A stretch of 55,283 bases of DNA from Thermoplasmata archaeon (GTDB lineage: Archaea > Thermoplasmatota > Thermoplasmata > Lutacidiplasmatales > UBA184), in the NCBI GenBank assembly GCA_030038605.1, contig JASHSU010000092.1, positions 1 through 55,283 on the forward strand. Reading direction: 5' to 3'. This document shows, piece by piece, positions 9,264 through 19,287 of this stretch; position 1 is the first letter of the stretch, and each line of letters begins with the position of its first letter. A program made the position numbers and the translations under genes. The notes beneath the pieces are model-generated. The model had not been told where the DNA came from. It did no database searches and saw only the letters and a list, made by a program, of their open reading frames with translations.

Positions 9264-10401
9264 GATGTGGTTGAACATGGGGCCCCAGCACCCCATGACG
9301 CACGGCCTCTGGAACCTCCGCGTGAAGATCGACGGGGAGATGATCCTCGACTGCGACCCGGAGATGGGGTACCTGCACCGGGGCATCGAGAAGATCAGCG
9401 AGGACCGGCACTACAACGAGGTCATCACGCTCATGGACCGGTGCTGCTACGTCGCCGGTCTCGCCTGGGAGCACCTCTACATTCTCGCGGCCGAGCAGGC
9501 GCTGCACGTCACCCCGCCCGAACGGGCGGACTACATCCGGGCGATGTGCGACGAGTTCCAGCGCATCGCCTCGCACCTGATGTGGTACGCGGCCTTCGTC
9601 CAGGACCTCGGGCTCATGAGCCCGTTCCTCTACGGCATGCGGGACCGCGACCTGGTCCTCGACCTGTTCCAGAGCTTCACGGGCGCGCGGATGACCTATG
9701 AGTACCAGCGCGTGGGCGGCGTCCGCAGCGACCTGCCCGCCGGGTTCACCGACCGGGCGCGGAAGGTGCTGGACTGGCTCGACGAGCGATACGTCGAGTA
9801 CGACCGGCTCTGCCTGGGCTCCACGATCTTCCGTGAGCGGTGTGACGACCTGGGCAAGTTGACGGCGCGGGACTGCATCGCCACCGGCGTGACGGGCCCG
9901 ATGCTCCGGTCCGCGGGCCTCAAGCGCGACCTGCGGAAGGACCGACCGTACTCCATCTACAAGCAGCTGGACTTCGACGTCGCGGTCGCGGATGCCGCCG
10001 ACGTGACCGCGCGCTACCTGGTCCGCATGGAGGAGATGCGACAGAGCTCACGCATGCTCCGTCAGATCCTCGACTGGCTCGACCACCACCCCGGACCCGT
10101 CCTCGCGGATCGGCTGCCCCGATGGCTCGGGGCGCCGTATGCGCCGCAAGGTCGCGAGGGATACCTGTTGAAGCGCAACTATCCCAAGGGCCTCGGCTTT
10201 TCCTCGGTGGAGGAGCCGCACGGAGAAGCCCAGGCGTACGTCGTGAACGAGGGCGGTGAGCATCCGTACCGCGTCAAGTTCCGCTCCCCGGTCTTCGCCA
10301 ACATCTCGGCGGCGCGGCACTATCTCGTCGGCTACCACGTCGCCGACATCCCACCCATCATGGGCAGCGTGGACGTCTGTGTCGGGGAGGTCGACCGGTA
10401 G
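9256..10401 (+). CDS. nuoD: Complex I/Fpo-like subunit D
   Basis: NMGPQHPMTHG, GYLHRGIEK, C-terminal GEVDR; no complete NiFe CxxC pairs. Confidence 0.95.
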   Translation: MSEMWLNMGPQHPMTHGLWNLRVKIDGEMILDCDPEMGYLHRGIEKISEDRHYNEVITLMDRCCYVAGLAWEHLYILAAEQALHVTPPERADYIRAMCDEFQRIASHLMWYAAFVQDLGLMSPFLYGMRDRDLVLDLFQSFTGARMTYEYQRVGGVRSDLPAGFTDRARKVLDWLDERYVEYDRLCLGSTIFRERCDDLGKLTARDCIATGVTGPMLRSAGLKRDLRKDRPYSIYKQLDFDVAVADAADVTARYLVRMEEMRQSSRMLRQILDWLDHHPGPVLADRLPRWLGAPYAPQGREGYLLKRNYPKGLGFSSVEEPHGEAQAYVVNEGGEHPYRVKFRSPVFANISAARHYLVGYHVADIPPIMGSVDVCVGEVDR

Positions 10402-10407
10402 CGTTCC

Positions 10408-11538
10408 ATGGGCGGCGCCACCCTCTTCAGTGTCTCGGACACCCTCGCGAGCGTCCTGCTGAACGGCCTCGGCTCGATCTTTCCGCAACCGATCCACGGC
10501 TGGCTCACGAACCCCGACCTCATCCTCGGGCTCGCGGTCCTGATCTTCGGCGCCATCCTGCTCGCGGCGAGCATGATCAACACGATCGTGCTCATCTGGT
10601 GGGAGCGCAAGCTGCTGGGCCGGTTCATGGACCGGCGCGGAGCCATGCACGTCGGCTACGCCGGCCTTCTCCAGAACTTCGCCGACGGACTCAAGCTGTT
10701 CCGGAAGAACACGTTCCGACCAAGGGAGTCGGATTCGCTGGGCTTCTACGCCGGCCCCGTGGCGTACATGGTGACGTCGCTCATCATCTTCGGGATCCTT
10801 CCGATCTCCTCGGGCTGGAACTCGGGCGCCCTCCCGCTGAGCCTCCTGCTCGCGCTCGCGATCTTCTCCTTCGCCCCGCTGTTCATCTTCGTCAGCGCCT
10901 GGTCGAGCAACAACAAGTACTCCCTCATGGGCGGGATGCGGTCCGCCGCCCAGATGATCGCCTACGAGGTGCCGCTGCTCCTCGCGGTCGTGGCGGTCGT
11001 CGTGGTGTCCGGCAGCTTCGACCTTGCGACCATCGTGCAGGAGCAGCAGAACTACTGGTTCTGGGGACCGCTGTTCCTGGCCCTCGTCGTCTTCGTCGCC
11101 GGCATGCTCGCCGAGATGGAACGGATCCCGTTCGACCTTCCAGAAGCCGAGGCCGAGCTCGTCGAGGGGTGGAACACGGAGTACGGCGGGATGCTGTTCG
11201 CGTTCTTCATGCTCGCCGACTACCTTCGGGCGCTCGTCGGGAGCATCCTGGTCGTCCTGCTCTTCCTGGGAGGCTGGACGATGCCCGGCTGGGTGCCGAG
11301 CGCGGCGACGTCGTTCCCGCTCGCCGGCATCGTCTGGTTCATGGTGAAGACCTACGCCGTCTTCGGGCTCTTCGTCTGGATCCGGGCCTCGTTGCCGCGG
11401 GTGCGCACGGACCAGCTCCTGCGCATCGGATGGAACCGGATGATCCCGCTCAGTCTCGCCTCCGTCTTCCTCGCGGCGGCGCTCGTCCTCGTGCGCTGCC
11501 TGCCCGTCTTCGGATGCCTGCCGTCACCGGGGGTCTAG
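10408..11538 (+). CDS. nuoH: Complex I/Fpo-like subunit H
   Basis: ERKLLG, ADGLKL, NNKYSLMGGMRS, PFDLPEAEAELV. Confidence 0.95.
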   Translation: MGGATLFSVSDTLASVLLNGLGSIFPQPIHGWLTNPDLILGLAVLIFGAILLAASMINTIVLIWWERKLLGRFMDRRGAMHVGYAGLLQNFADGLKLFRKNTFRPRESDSLGFYAGPVAYMVTSLIIFGILPISSGWNSGALPLSLLLALAIFSFAPLFIFVSAWSSNNKYSLMGGMRSAAQMIAYEVPLLLAVVAVVVVSGSFDLATIVQEQQNYWFWGPLFLALVVFVAGMLAEMERIPFDLPEAEAELVEGWNTEYGGMLFAFFMLADYLRALVGSILVVLLFLGGWTMPGWVPSAATSFPLAGIVWFMVKTYAVFGLFVWIRASLPRVRTDQLLRIGWNRMIPLSLASVFLAAALVLVRCLPVFGCLPSPGV

Positions 11539-11545
11539 GTTCACC

Positions 11546-12325
11546 ATGACCGACGAAGCGACCGCGACCGAGAAGCCGTCCGACAACCCGATCCTCTTTG
11601 TCGCCAAGCCGATGCTGACCGCCGCCCGTCAGTTCGCTCGGAGCCTGGTGCGACCCTCCACGGTCGTCTACCCGTTCGAGCGGCTCGAGGACCCGGCGTT
11701 CCGCAAGGAAGTCGCGGTCGCGCCCGGCAAGCCCATCGGGGTCGGAGCGATCTGGGACAACTATCGGGGCGTTCACGCTCTCAACATCAACACGTGCATC
11801 AGCTGCAACCTCTGCGCGTTCTCCTGCCCGGACCTGTGCATCGACATGGTCAACGTCCCCGGCGGGGACCCGAAGCACCCGAAGAAGTGCCCGCAGATCG
11901 ACTACGGCAAGTGCAGCTACTGCGGCTTCTGCTCGGACGCATGCCCGGAGGGTTGCCTCACGATGACGACCCGCTACGAGCTGTCGACACCGAAGCGGGC
12001 CGAGATGATCTACTCGCCGACTCGACTGTTCGAGATCTACCGGACGAAATTACCGATGAACCCGATCCGGCTGGAGCGGCCGGAGAACGAGGACTCGATC
12101 CTGCTCGAGCCCCCCCTGTGCATCGGCTGCAACGCCTGCTCCCGCGACTGCCCCACCAACTGCATCACGATGGTGGACGTGACCAAGCCGGAGTTCAAGC
12201 CGGGCGAGAAACAACCCCGGCGCATCTGGAAGGAGCCGGTCATCAACGACTCGGACTGCGTCCGGTGCGGCACCTGCATCAGTGTCTGCCCCAAGGAGTG
12301 TCTGTTCTGGGGGACGCGCAAGTGA
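11546..12325 (+). CDS. nuoI: Complex I/Fpo-like subunit I with an additional 2x[4Fe-4S] ferredoxin domain
   Basis: Four CxxCxxCxxxCP motifs; TVVYPFE and YRGVH NuoI-type N-terminus. Confidence 0.9.
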   Translation: MTDEATATEKPSDNPILFVAKPMLTAARQFARSLVRPSTVVYPFERLEDPAFRKEVAVAPGKPIGVGAIWDNYRGVHALNINTCISCNLCAFSCPDLCIDMVNVPGGDPKHPKKCPQIDYGKCSYCGFCSDACPEGCLTMTTRYELSTPKRAEMIYSPTRLFEIYRTKLPMNPIRLERPENEDSILLEPPLCIGCNACSRDCPTNCITMVDVTKPEFKPGEKQPRRIWKEPVINDSDCVRCGTCISVCPKECLFWGTRK

Positions 12326-12810
12326 GCCTCGAGGAGCTCGCGTTCCTCGTGCTCGCCGTCGTGGCCGTCGGGACCGGGCTCGCCGCCCTGCTCGTCCGGG
12401 AACTCGTCCATACGATCCTCTGGGTCTCGGTATTCTTCGTCGACCTCTCGGCGATCTACTTCCTGCTCGAGGCACCGTTCCTCGGCGTCCTCCAGCTGGG
12501 CGTCTACGCCGGCGCGGTGACGGTGCTCCTGCTGTTCGGCATCATGGTCACGCGCAAGCGGATCTTCTCCCGGGACGCGGCGACGGGACTCGGACCGGTC
12601 CCCCTCGCGCTTGCGGCGGTGACGTTCATCTTCCTGGTCGCGTCGGTCGGTGAGTTCCCGAGCGCACCCACGACGCTCCAGGTCTACGACCCGTCGGCGC
12701 TCTCCGCCCTCCTGTTCGGGACGGACGGGCCCTGGCTCCTCCTGCTCGGGATCATCATGATGAGCGGGGTCGCCGGGGCGATCTACCTCGTCCGGGAGGG
12801 TCGCGAGTGA
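12322..12810 (+). CDS. nuoJ: Complex I/Fpo-like subunit J
   Basis: LQLGVYAGAVTVLLLFGIM; GTG overlaps the nuoI TGA. Confidence 0.9.
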   Translation: MSLEELAFLVLAVVAVGTGLAALLVRELVHTILWVSVFFVDLSAIYFLLEAPFLGVLQLGVYAGAVTVLLLFGIMVTRKRIFSRDAATGLGPVPLALAAVTFIFLVASVGEFPSAPTTLQVYDPSALSALLFGTDGPWLLLLGIIMMSGVAGAIYLVREGRE

Positions 12811-13124
12811 CCGGGCTGCCCGTCGCCGACCTGCTCGTCCTCTCCGGCGCACTGCTCGCCGTCGGCATCTTCGGCCTGCTGACCCGGCGCAATTTCATCC
12901 TCATCCTGATCGCGGTCGAGGTGGCGATGAACGCGACCATCCTCAACTTCGTGTACTTCGCCGCCTTCGCTCCGACCGCCGCCGGACTCTCCGGCCAGGC
13001 GATCGCGGTCGTTCTCATCGGGTTCGCGGCCACCGAGGTCGCCGTCGGTCTGGCGATCGTCCTCGCGCTCAACCGGATCAAGGGAACGATCAATGTCGCG
13101 CAGGCCACGGAGCTCCGGGAGTAG
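12807..13124 (+). CDS. nuoK: Complex I/Fpo-like subunit K
   Basis: RRNFILILIAVEVAMN, AATEVAVGLA. Confidence 0.93.
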   Translation: MTGLPVADLLVLSGALLAVGIFGLLTRRNFILILIAVEVAMNATILNFVYFAAFAPTAAGLSGQAIAVVLIGFAATEVAVGLAIVLALNRIKGTINVAQATELRE

Positions 13125-13136
13125 GAGGGGACCCGC

Positions 13137-15134
13137 ACGACGTTCTACACCACCCTCGACAGCTGGGCGTTCCTCGTCCCGCTGTTCTCGGTCCTCGCCT
13201 TCTCGGTCATCAGTCTGGTCGGGACCCGGCTGAAATCGCTCGAGTGGGGCGGCTGGGTCGCCGTCGGCTTCGCTGGCGCGGCGATGGTCCTGGGCCTCCT
13301 GATCGCGGTCGGCGAGATGCTGTCGCCCGGCACCTACGTCAACAGCCAGTTCACCTGGCTCCACCTCGCGGGCTCTCCCGGGACGTTCCCCAACGGCGTC
13401 TCGCTCGTGGTCGGCACGCTGGTCGACCCGCTCTCGGCGCTGCTGCTGCTGGTCGTCACGGTCGTCGGGTTCCTGGTGATGCTGTACTCGATCGGGTACA
13501 TGCACCAGGACCGGGGACTGCCCCGGTACTACGCCGAGCTCTCGCTGTTCCTCGCGGCGATGACCGGCCTGGTCCTCTCCAACAACCTGTTGGAGTTCTT
13601 CCTCTTCTGGGAGCTCGTCGGCGTGTGCTCCTACTTCCTGATCGGATTCTACTACGAGAAGCCGAGCGCCGCGAGCGCGGCCAAGGAGGCGTTCCTCGTC
13701 ACCCGGATCGGTGACGTCCTCTTCCTGCTGGGGATTTTCATCTACTTCTACCACTTCTCAACGGTCGGCCCGTCCGGCGGCTGGGCGGCCAACGGATTCG
13801 TCTTCGCGAACGGGACGGCCCCGTACCTGCCGGTCGTCTCCGGCAGCGGTTCCACGCTGCTCACGGTCGCCGGGCTCATGATCCTCGGTGGAGCGGCGGG
13901 CAAGAGCGCCCAGTTCCCGCTCCACGTCTGGCTGCCGGACGCGATGGAGGGCCCGACCACCGTCTCGGCGCTCATCCACGCGGCGACGATGGTCGCGGCC
14001 GGTGTCTACCTGCTGGCGATCACCAGCGTCTTCATCGGCTTCACGTCGACCGATCAGCTGGCGATCGTCGCCATCGGAGGGTTCACGGCGTTCTTCGCCG
14101 CGACCATGGCGGTGGTGCACCCGGACATCAAACGGGTCATCGCCTATTCGACGATCAGCCAGCTCGGCTACATGGTCCTCGCCGTCGGGGCGGGGTTCGC
14201 GATGGTGGGACTCTACCACCTGTTCACGCACGCGTTCTTCAAGGCGCTCCTCTTCCTCGCCGCCGGTTCGGTCATCCACGCCATCGGCACGCAGGACCTG
14301 TTCAAGATGGGCGGGCTGCGCAAGTCGATGCGGGTCACCTCGGCCGCGTTCCTGATCGGAGGGCTCGCCCTCGCCGGGATCCCGCCGTTCGCGGGATTCT
14401 GGAGCAAGGACGACATCCTCGGCGCCGTCTACTCCCAGCTGGGCAGCCACCCGCTCTACTGGCCGTTCTTCCTCCTCGCGTTCGCCGCGGTCTTCCTGAC
14501 CGCCTACTACATCTTCCGGGCCTGGTTCCTCGCGTTCTCGGGCGACCACACCCGCGACCCGACGCTGCCGCACGCCCACGAGGGCCCGTGGGTGATGCAG
14601 GTCCCGCTCGTCATCCTCTCCGCCTTCGCCGTGGTCGCCGGACTGTTCATCTTCCTGCCCAACTTCCAGGCCCTGCTGCTCAACGGCGCGGGGGCGACGG
14701 GGATCCCGCCGGTGTACGGCCCCACCGACCTGGCGCTCTCCGGGATCAGTGTCGGTCTCGGCGTCGCCGGGATCGGACTCGCGTACTGGCTGTGGGGTAA
14801 CGGCCGGGTCTATGCGCTGCCCGAGGACAGCCCCCTCCAGTCCGTTCGGAAGGTCCTCCTCCACCGGTACTACTTCAAGGTCGCCTACGACTGGGTCGGT
14901 CTCCGCCTCGTCTACGGCATCTCCCGCGGCGCCGATTTCGTCGACCGGTACGTCATCGACGGGACGGTCCGGGGCCTGGAACGCGTCTTCGGGTCGGTGT
15001 CGAACGGTCTGCGGCGCGCCCAGACCGGCGCCGTGTCCGACTACGCGGGGTATGTGATCGCCGGGCTCCTGGGCGTCTTCGTCCTGCTGCTCATCGTCGC
15101 GCCGTACCTGCTCAGCAAGATGGGAGGCGGCTAG
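13137..15134 (+). CDS. nuoL: Complex I/Fpo-like subunit L (probable non-canonical ACG start)
   Basis: FWELVG, KSAQFPLHVWLPDAMEGPT, HAFFKALLFL. The NuoL-like first TM helix lies upstream of the first ATG (13284). Confidence 0.92.
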   Translation, partial: TTFYTTLDSWAFLVPLFSVLAFSVISLVGTRLKSLEWGGWVAVGFAGAAMVLGLLIAVGEMLSPGTYVNSQFTWLHLAGSPGTFPNGVSLVVGTLVDPLSALLLLVVTVVGFLVMLYSIGYMHQDRGLPRYYAELSLFLAAMTGLVLSNNLLEFFLFWELVGVCSYFLIGFYYEKPSAASAAKEAFLVTRIGDVLFLLGIFIYFYHFSTVGPSGGWAANGFVFANGTAPYLPVVSGSGSTLLTVAGLMILGGAAGKSAQFPLHVWLPDAMEGPTTVSALIHAATMVAAGVYLLAITSVFIGFTSTDQLAIVAIGGFTAFFAATMAVVHPDIKRVIAYSTISQLGYMVLAVGAGFAMVGLYHLFTHAFFKALLFLAAGSVIHAIGTQDLFKMGGLRKSMRVTSAAFLIGGLALAGIPPFAGFWSKDDILGAVYSQLGSHPLYWPFFLLAFAAVFLTAYYIFRAWFLAFSGDHTRDPTLPHAHEGPWVMQVPLVILSAFAVVAGLFIFLPNFQALLLNGAGATGIPPVYGPTDLALSGISVGLGVAGIGLAYWLWGNGRVYALPEDSPLQSVRKVLLHRYYFKVAYDWVGLRLVYGISRGADFVDRYVIDGTVRGLERVFGSVSNGLRRAQTGAVSDYAGYVIAGLLGVFVLLLIVAPYLLSKMGGG

Positions 15135-15135
15135 C

Positions 15136-16611
15136 GTGTTCCCGGTCCTCTCGCTCGTCCTGGCGACGCTCCTGCTGGGGACGGTCGTCACGTTCGTCGC
15201 GGGCCGGTACGCCCGATGGGTGGCGCTCGCCACGTCCATCGTCTTCCTGGCGGAGACCGCGGCCCTCATCTGGCAGTATCCGGGCTGGCCCGGCTACACC
15301 TCCGGCGCGGTGCCGGGCTTCGCCTTCCAGGAATCGTACGCCTGGATCCACCTGGGTTGGCTGCAGGTCAACTACACCGTCGGCGTCGACGGGATCTCCC
15401 TCGTCCTCATCCTGTTGACCGCGGTCCTTCAGATCGCGACGGTCGTCTACTCGTGGGAGGAGACGCGCCGACCCGGGCCCTGGTTCGGTCTGGTCCTTCT
15501 GACCTGCCTGGGGTGCGTCGGAGTCTTCGTCGCCCTGGACATCCTGCTGTTCTTCCTGTTCTGGGAGGCGGTCCTGGTGCCGATGTTCTTCCTCATCGGC
15601 TACTGGGGCGGGCCCCGGCGCCGCTACGCCTCGCTGAAGTTCTTCGTCTACACCCACGTCGCCTCCATCGTCATGCTGGTGGGGCTGCTGGGCCTCGTCT
15701 TTTACTCGGGTGCGACCAGCTTCGACTACAGCAGCGTCTACCTGGCCGGTCACGGTCTCATGACCGTCACGCAGACGTTCCTGTTCCTCGCCCTCTTCTT
15801 CGGGTTCGGGGTCAAATTCCCGGTCGTCCCGTTCCATACCTGGTTGCCCGACGCCCACGTCGAGGCTCCGACGGGCGGCTCGGTCCTCCTGGCGGGCCTT
15901 CTCCTCAAGCTCGGGGGCTACGGTCTCATCCGCTGGGCGGTCCTCATCCTGCCGCTCGGATTCCACGAAGCCCAGCCGGTCCTGTTCGTGATCGCGTTCG
16001 CCACGATCGCGTGGGGGTCGATCGTCTCGCTCGCGCAACGGGACCTGAAGCGTCTGGTGGCGTTCTCGTCGATCAACCACATGGGGATCGTCCTCCTGGC
16101 GATCGCCCTCGGCTCGTCGCTCGGACTGCTCGCCGCGGTCCTGCTGATGTTCGCTCACGGGGTCGTGAGCGCTCTCTTGTTCATGGTCTCGGGCAGCGTG
16201 CACCACACCTACGGGACGCGGGACATCCCCTCCCTCGGCGGGATCACGCCGTCCACGCCGGTCCTCGCGACCATGACGATGGTCGGGTCGCTCGCCTCCC
16301 TCGGGTTGCCCTGGCTCATCAGCTTCCCGGCCGAGTTCACGGCGCTGCTGGCGACGTGGGACGGGCTCGCCTACTGGGTCCTGCTGCCGCTCGGGATCCT
16401 GGTCGTCACGGCGGCGTTCTACATCTGGATGATGCAGCGGATGCTGTTCGGGCCCCCGCGGGGTATCCCCGAGACCGTCCACGACCTGCCCTGGTTCGAG
16501 GCGGCGGGGATGGGTCTGCTGGTCGCGCTGACGATCGTGCTCGGCGTCCTGCCGTTCCTGCTCGTGAACCTGATCACGAGTTCGCCGATCGCCGGCTTCC
16601 CGGGGCCGTGA
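15136..16611 (+). CDS. nuoM: Complex I/Fpo-like subunit M
   Basis: VDGIS, FWEAVLVPM, PFHTWLPDAHVEAPT, KLGGYG. Confidence 0.95.
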   Translation: MFPVLSLVLATLLLGTVVTFVAGRYARWVALATSIVFLAETAALIWQYPGWPGYTSGAVPGFAFQESYAWIHLGWLQVNYTVGVDGISLVLILLTAVLQIATVVYSWEETRRPGPWFGLVLLTCLGCVGVFVALDILLFFLFWEAVLVPMFFLIGYWGGPRRRYASLKFFVYTHVASIVMLVGLLGLVFYSGATSFDYSSVYLAGHGLMTVTQTFLFLALFFGFGVKFPVVPFHTWLPDAHVEAPTGGSVLLAGLLLKLGGYGLIRWAVLILPLGFHEAQPVLFVIAFATIAWGSIVSLAQRDLKRLVAFSSINHMGIVLLAIALGSSLGLLAAVLLMFAHGVVSALLFMVSGSVHHTYGTRDIPSLGGITPSTPVLATMTMVGSLASLGLPWLISFPAEFTALLATWDGLAYWVLLPLGILVVTAAFYIWMMQRMLFGPPRGIPETVHDLPWFEAAGMGLLVALTIVLGVLPFLLVNLITSSPIAGFPGP

Positions 16612-16614
16612 GCC

Positions 16615-18180
16615 ATGGACGCGAGCAGCTTCATCGGCCCGTTCGTCCCGGAGCTGCTGCTCCTCGGTGCGGCGCTGCTCATCTTCCTGCTGGACGTCCT
16701 CGGTATCCGGCGCAACGAGACGCTCAGTACGGTCGCGGTCGCCGGGACCACGCTGGCCCTGCTCTCCGTGCTCGGCGACCTGGGGTTCGCGCCGCTGTCG
16801 GTGTTCGCGACCCTGCCCGCTAACGTCATCGACGCCGCGCCGTCGACCACCGGCCTCTACGCCTTCACCTCGCTGGGCCTCATCTTCCAGGGGATCTTCC
16901 TCCTCTCGGCCCTCCTGGTCTCGCTCGCATCGGCCAGCCGACCCTCGGGCGAGAAGGGAGCGCCGATCTTCTACGGCCTCCTCCTGCTGGCGACGGTAGG
17001 GATGTTGCTGGTCGCGGTCGCGACCGACCTCATCTTCCTGCTCCTCGCCATCGAGGTGACCAGCATCGCCACCTACCTGCTGGTCGCCTACCACCGGCGC
17101 GAGGCCCGCTCCCTCGAGGCGGCGATGAAGTTCTTCATCATCGGGGCGCTGTCGACCGTCCTCTCGTTCTACGGCGCCTCGCTGCTCTTCGGAGCGTACG
17201 GGACGACCAACCTGGTCGCCATCGGACACGCGACCGGCGCGGTTGGCTACCCGGTGCTGGTCCTACTCGGCTACGGCTTCCTGGTCGCGGGCCTCGCGTT
17301 CAAGGTCACGCTCGTGCCGTTCCACGCCTGGGCGGTCGACGTCTACGACGGCGCACCGAGCGACGTCAGCGCGTTCCTCGCCGGCGTCACGAAGAAGATC
17401 GGTCTGTTCGCCTACTTCCTCGTCTTCCTGGGCCCGGTCCTGTACCTGCGGACCGTCGGGGGCAGCTCGCCGTTCGCGGGGGGCCCGATCGACCTCGGCG
17501 GGACGCTCACGATCACGCTCGCGGTCCTGGCGGTCGTCACGATGACGGTCGGCAACCTCCTGGCCCTGCTCCAGAAGGAGATGAAGCGGATGCTCGCCTA
17601 CTCGTCCATCAGCCAGGCCGGCTACATGCTGATCGGCGTGACGATCGGCACGGCCCCGGCCATCACGGGAGCGACGATGCAGATCTTCGCCCACGTGCTC
17701 ATGAAGGGGGGAGCGTTCCTGGTGGTCGCCGGGGTCGGGGCCCTCGGCGTCGGTCCGCTCATTGACGACTGGAAGGGCCTCGGCACGCGCCGACCGCTCC
17801 TCGGCGCCGCCTTCGCGCTCATGCTCCTCTCGCTCGCCGGCGTGCCGCTCACGGTCGGGTTCGTCTCGAAGTTCGTCCTCTTCTCGGCGGCCGTGCAAGC
17901 GCAGGGGTACTACATCTGGCTCGCCGTCGCCGGTCTGCTCAACAGCGCGCTCTCCGTCTTCTACTACGCCCGGGTCCTCAAGGTGATGTTCTTTGACACC
18001 GCCCCGGCCCCCTCGACGCCGCCGGTGACGGACGCGCTACCGGCCGGGGGGCTGGGGTACGGACGCGCCATCGCCATCGGGTTCATCGCGGTCACGATCG
18101 TCGCGGTGGGCGTCTACCCCCAACCGATCCTCGGCGCCATCCAGTCGGCGGCCCAGCACTTCGTCGTCGTCGGGGCGTAG
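16615..18180 (+). CDS. nuoN: Complex I/Fpo-like subunit N
   Basis: EAAMKFF, FKVTLVPFHAW, KRMLAYSSISQAGY, LSLAGVP. Confidence 0.95.
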   Translation: MDASSFIGPFVPELLLLGAALLIFLLDVLGIRRNETLSTVAVAGTTLALLSVLGDLGFAPLSVFATLPANVIDAAPSTTGLYAFTSLGLIFQGIFLLSALLVSLASASRPSGEKGAPIFYGLLLLATVGMLLVAVATDLIFLLLAIEVTSIATYLLVAYHRREARSLEAAMKFFIIGALSTVLSFYGASLLFGAYGTTNLVAIGHATGAVGYPVLVLLGYGFLVAGLAFKVTLVPFHAWAVDVYDGAPSDVSAFLAGVTKKIGLFAYFLVFLGPVLYLRTVGGSSPFAGGPIDLGGTLTITLAVLAVVTMTVGNLLALLQKEMKRMLAYSSISQAGYMLIGVTIGTAPAITGATMQIFAHVLMKGGAFLVVAGVGALGVGPLIDDWKGLGTRRPLLGAAFALMLLSLAGVPLTVGFVSKFVLFSAAVQAQGYYIWLAVAGLLNSALSVFYYARVLKVMFFDTAPAPSTPPVTDALPAGGLGYGRAIAIGFIAVTIVAVGVYPQPILGAIQSAAQHFVVVGA

Positions 18181-18186
18181 GCGCCG

Positions 18187-19287
18187 ATGGAGCGGTACGA
18201 CGTCGTGGTCGTCGGGGCCGGCCCCGCCGGGTCGCTGGCCGCCCGTCGCGCCGCCGAGGGAGGTGCCCGGACCCTGCTCGTCGACCACCGGCCCGAGCTC
18301 GGTCACCCGGTCCAGTGCGGGGAGTTCGTCCCCGCGCCGGAGGAGCTGGCTGACCTGTTCGACTGCTCGGATCTCATCCGCTCGGCGTTCGACATCCCAC
18401 CGGCCACAGTCCTTCGGAGCACGGAGTGGATGGCCTGTGTCTCGCCGTACGGTCACCGGTTCCGTTTCCCCCTGCGGGGGGCGACGGTATCGCGACGGGC
18501 GTTCGACAAGGCCCTCGCCTACCGCGCGGAGGGCGCGGGCGTGGAACTTCGGTACCCGGTCGGGGTCACCGGCGTCCACGGGGACGAGGTTCGCTTGGCC
18601 CACGGGTCGGGCGTCCGCGCGCAGGTCGTCATCGGCGCGGACGGACCGACATCGACGGTGGCTCGGTCCGTGGGCGTCCAGCCGACCCGTACGATGTTCC
18701 GGATGATCACCGCCACCGTCGACGCGCCGCTCGGGGACGAGATTGACCTGTTCTTCGGCCGGGACGCCCCCGGGGGGTACGGTTGGGCGTTCCCTCGGGC
18801 ACACGACGTCAACGTCGGCTTGGGGGTGCCGGATGTCCCACCGGGCACCACGCTCCCCCGTCTGCTCGAACGGCTCGCCCGGCGGTATGGCTGGGGACCG
18901 CCCCGCGACCCGACCCGCTGGTGGGTACCGGTCGGGCCGCCCCCCGACTCCCTCGTCCGCGACCGAGTCCTCCTCTGCGGGGACGCCGCCAACCTGGTCA
19001 TGGCGACCAACGGGGGCGGCATCCCGACGGCGATGCTGAGCGGCTGGCTCGCCGGCCAAGCGGCCGCCGACCACGTCCGGTCCGGGACGGCGCTGACGGC
19101 CTACGACGAGGCCTGGCGGACGTCGCTGTTCGCGCCGCTCGACCGAGCCGCCCGTATCTGGCGCTGGGGGGACCGTTTCGCCCGGTACGACCCCCTCCTG
19201 GCGCTGGGCATGCGCTATATCGGGAGCGCCGGTCTCGACGCCATGATGCGGCTGCGCTGGCCGGCCCGGCTGGGGAGGGGTTCGTGA
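18187..19287 (+). CDS. Geranylgeranyl reductase family FAD-dependent oxidoreductase
   Basis: GAGPAG FAD motif, PVQCGE, PGGYGWAFP, GDAA...NGGGI. Confidence 0.9.
   Translation: MERYDVVVVGAGPAGSLAARRAAEGGARTLLVDHRPELGHPVQCGEFVPAPEELADLFDCSDLIRSAFDIPPATVLRSTEWMACVSPYGHRFRFPLRGATVSRRAFDKALAYRAEGAGVELRYPVGVTGVHGDEVRLAHGSGVRAQVVIGADGPTSTVARSVGVQPTRTMFRMITATVDAPLGDEIDLFFGRDAPGGYGWAFPRAHDVNVGLGVPDVPPGTTLPRLLERLARRYGWGPPRDPTRWWVPVGPPPDSLVRDRVLLCGDAANLVMATNGGGIPTAMLSGWLAGQAAADHVRSGTALTAYDEAWRTSLFAPLDRAARIWRWGDRFARYDPLLALGMRYIGSAGLDAMMRLRWPARLGRGS

Noticed and set aside
9256-10401. Group 4 [NiFe]-hydrogenase large subunit
   Set aside because: Lacks both CxxC Ni-binding pairs and has the NuoD GPQHP..HG and GEVDR motifs.
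12807-15134. NuoK-NuoL fusion by UAG read-through (pyrrolysine), since the two genes are in frame
   Set aside because: TAG ends many genes here (nuoB, nuoD, nuoH, nuoL, nuoN), no pyl genes are in the window, and an SD just after the stop favours re-initiation.
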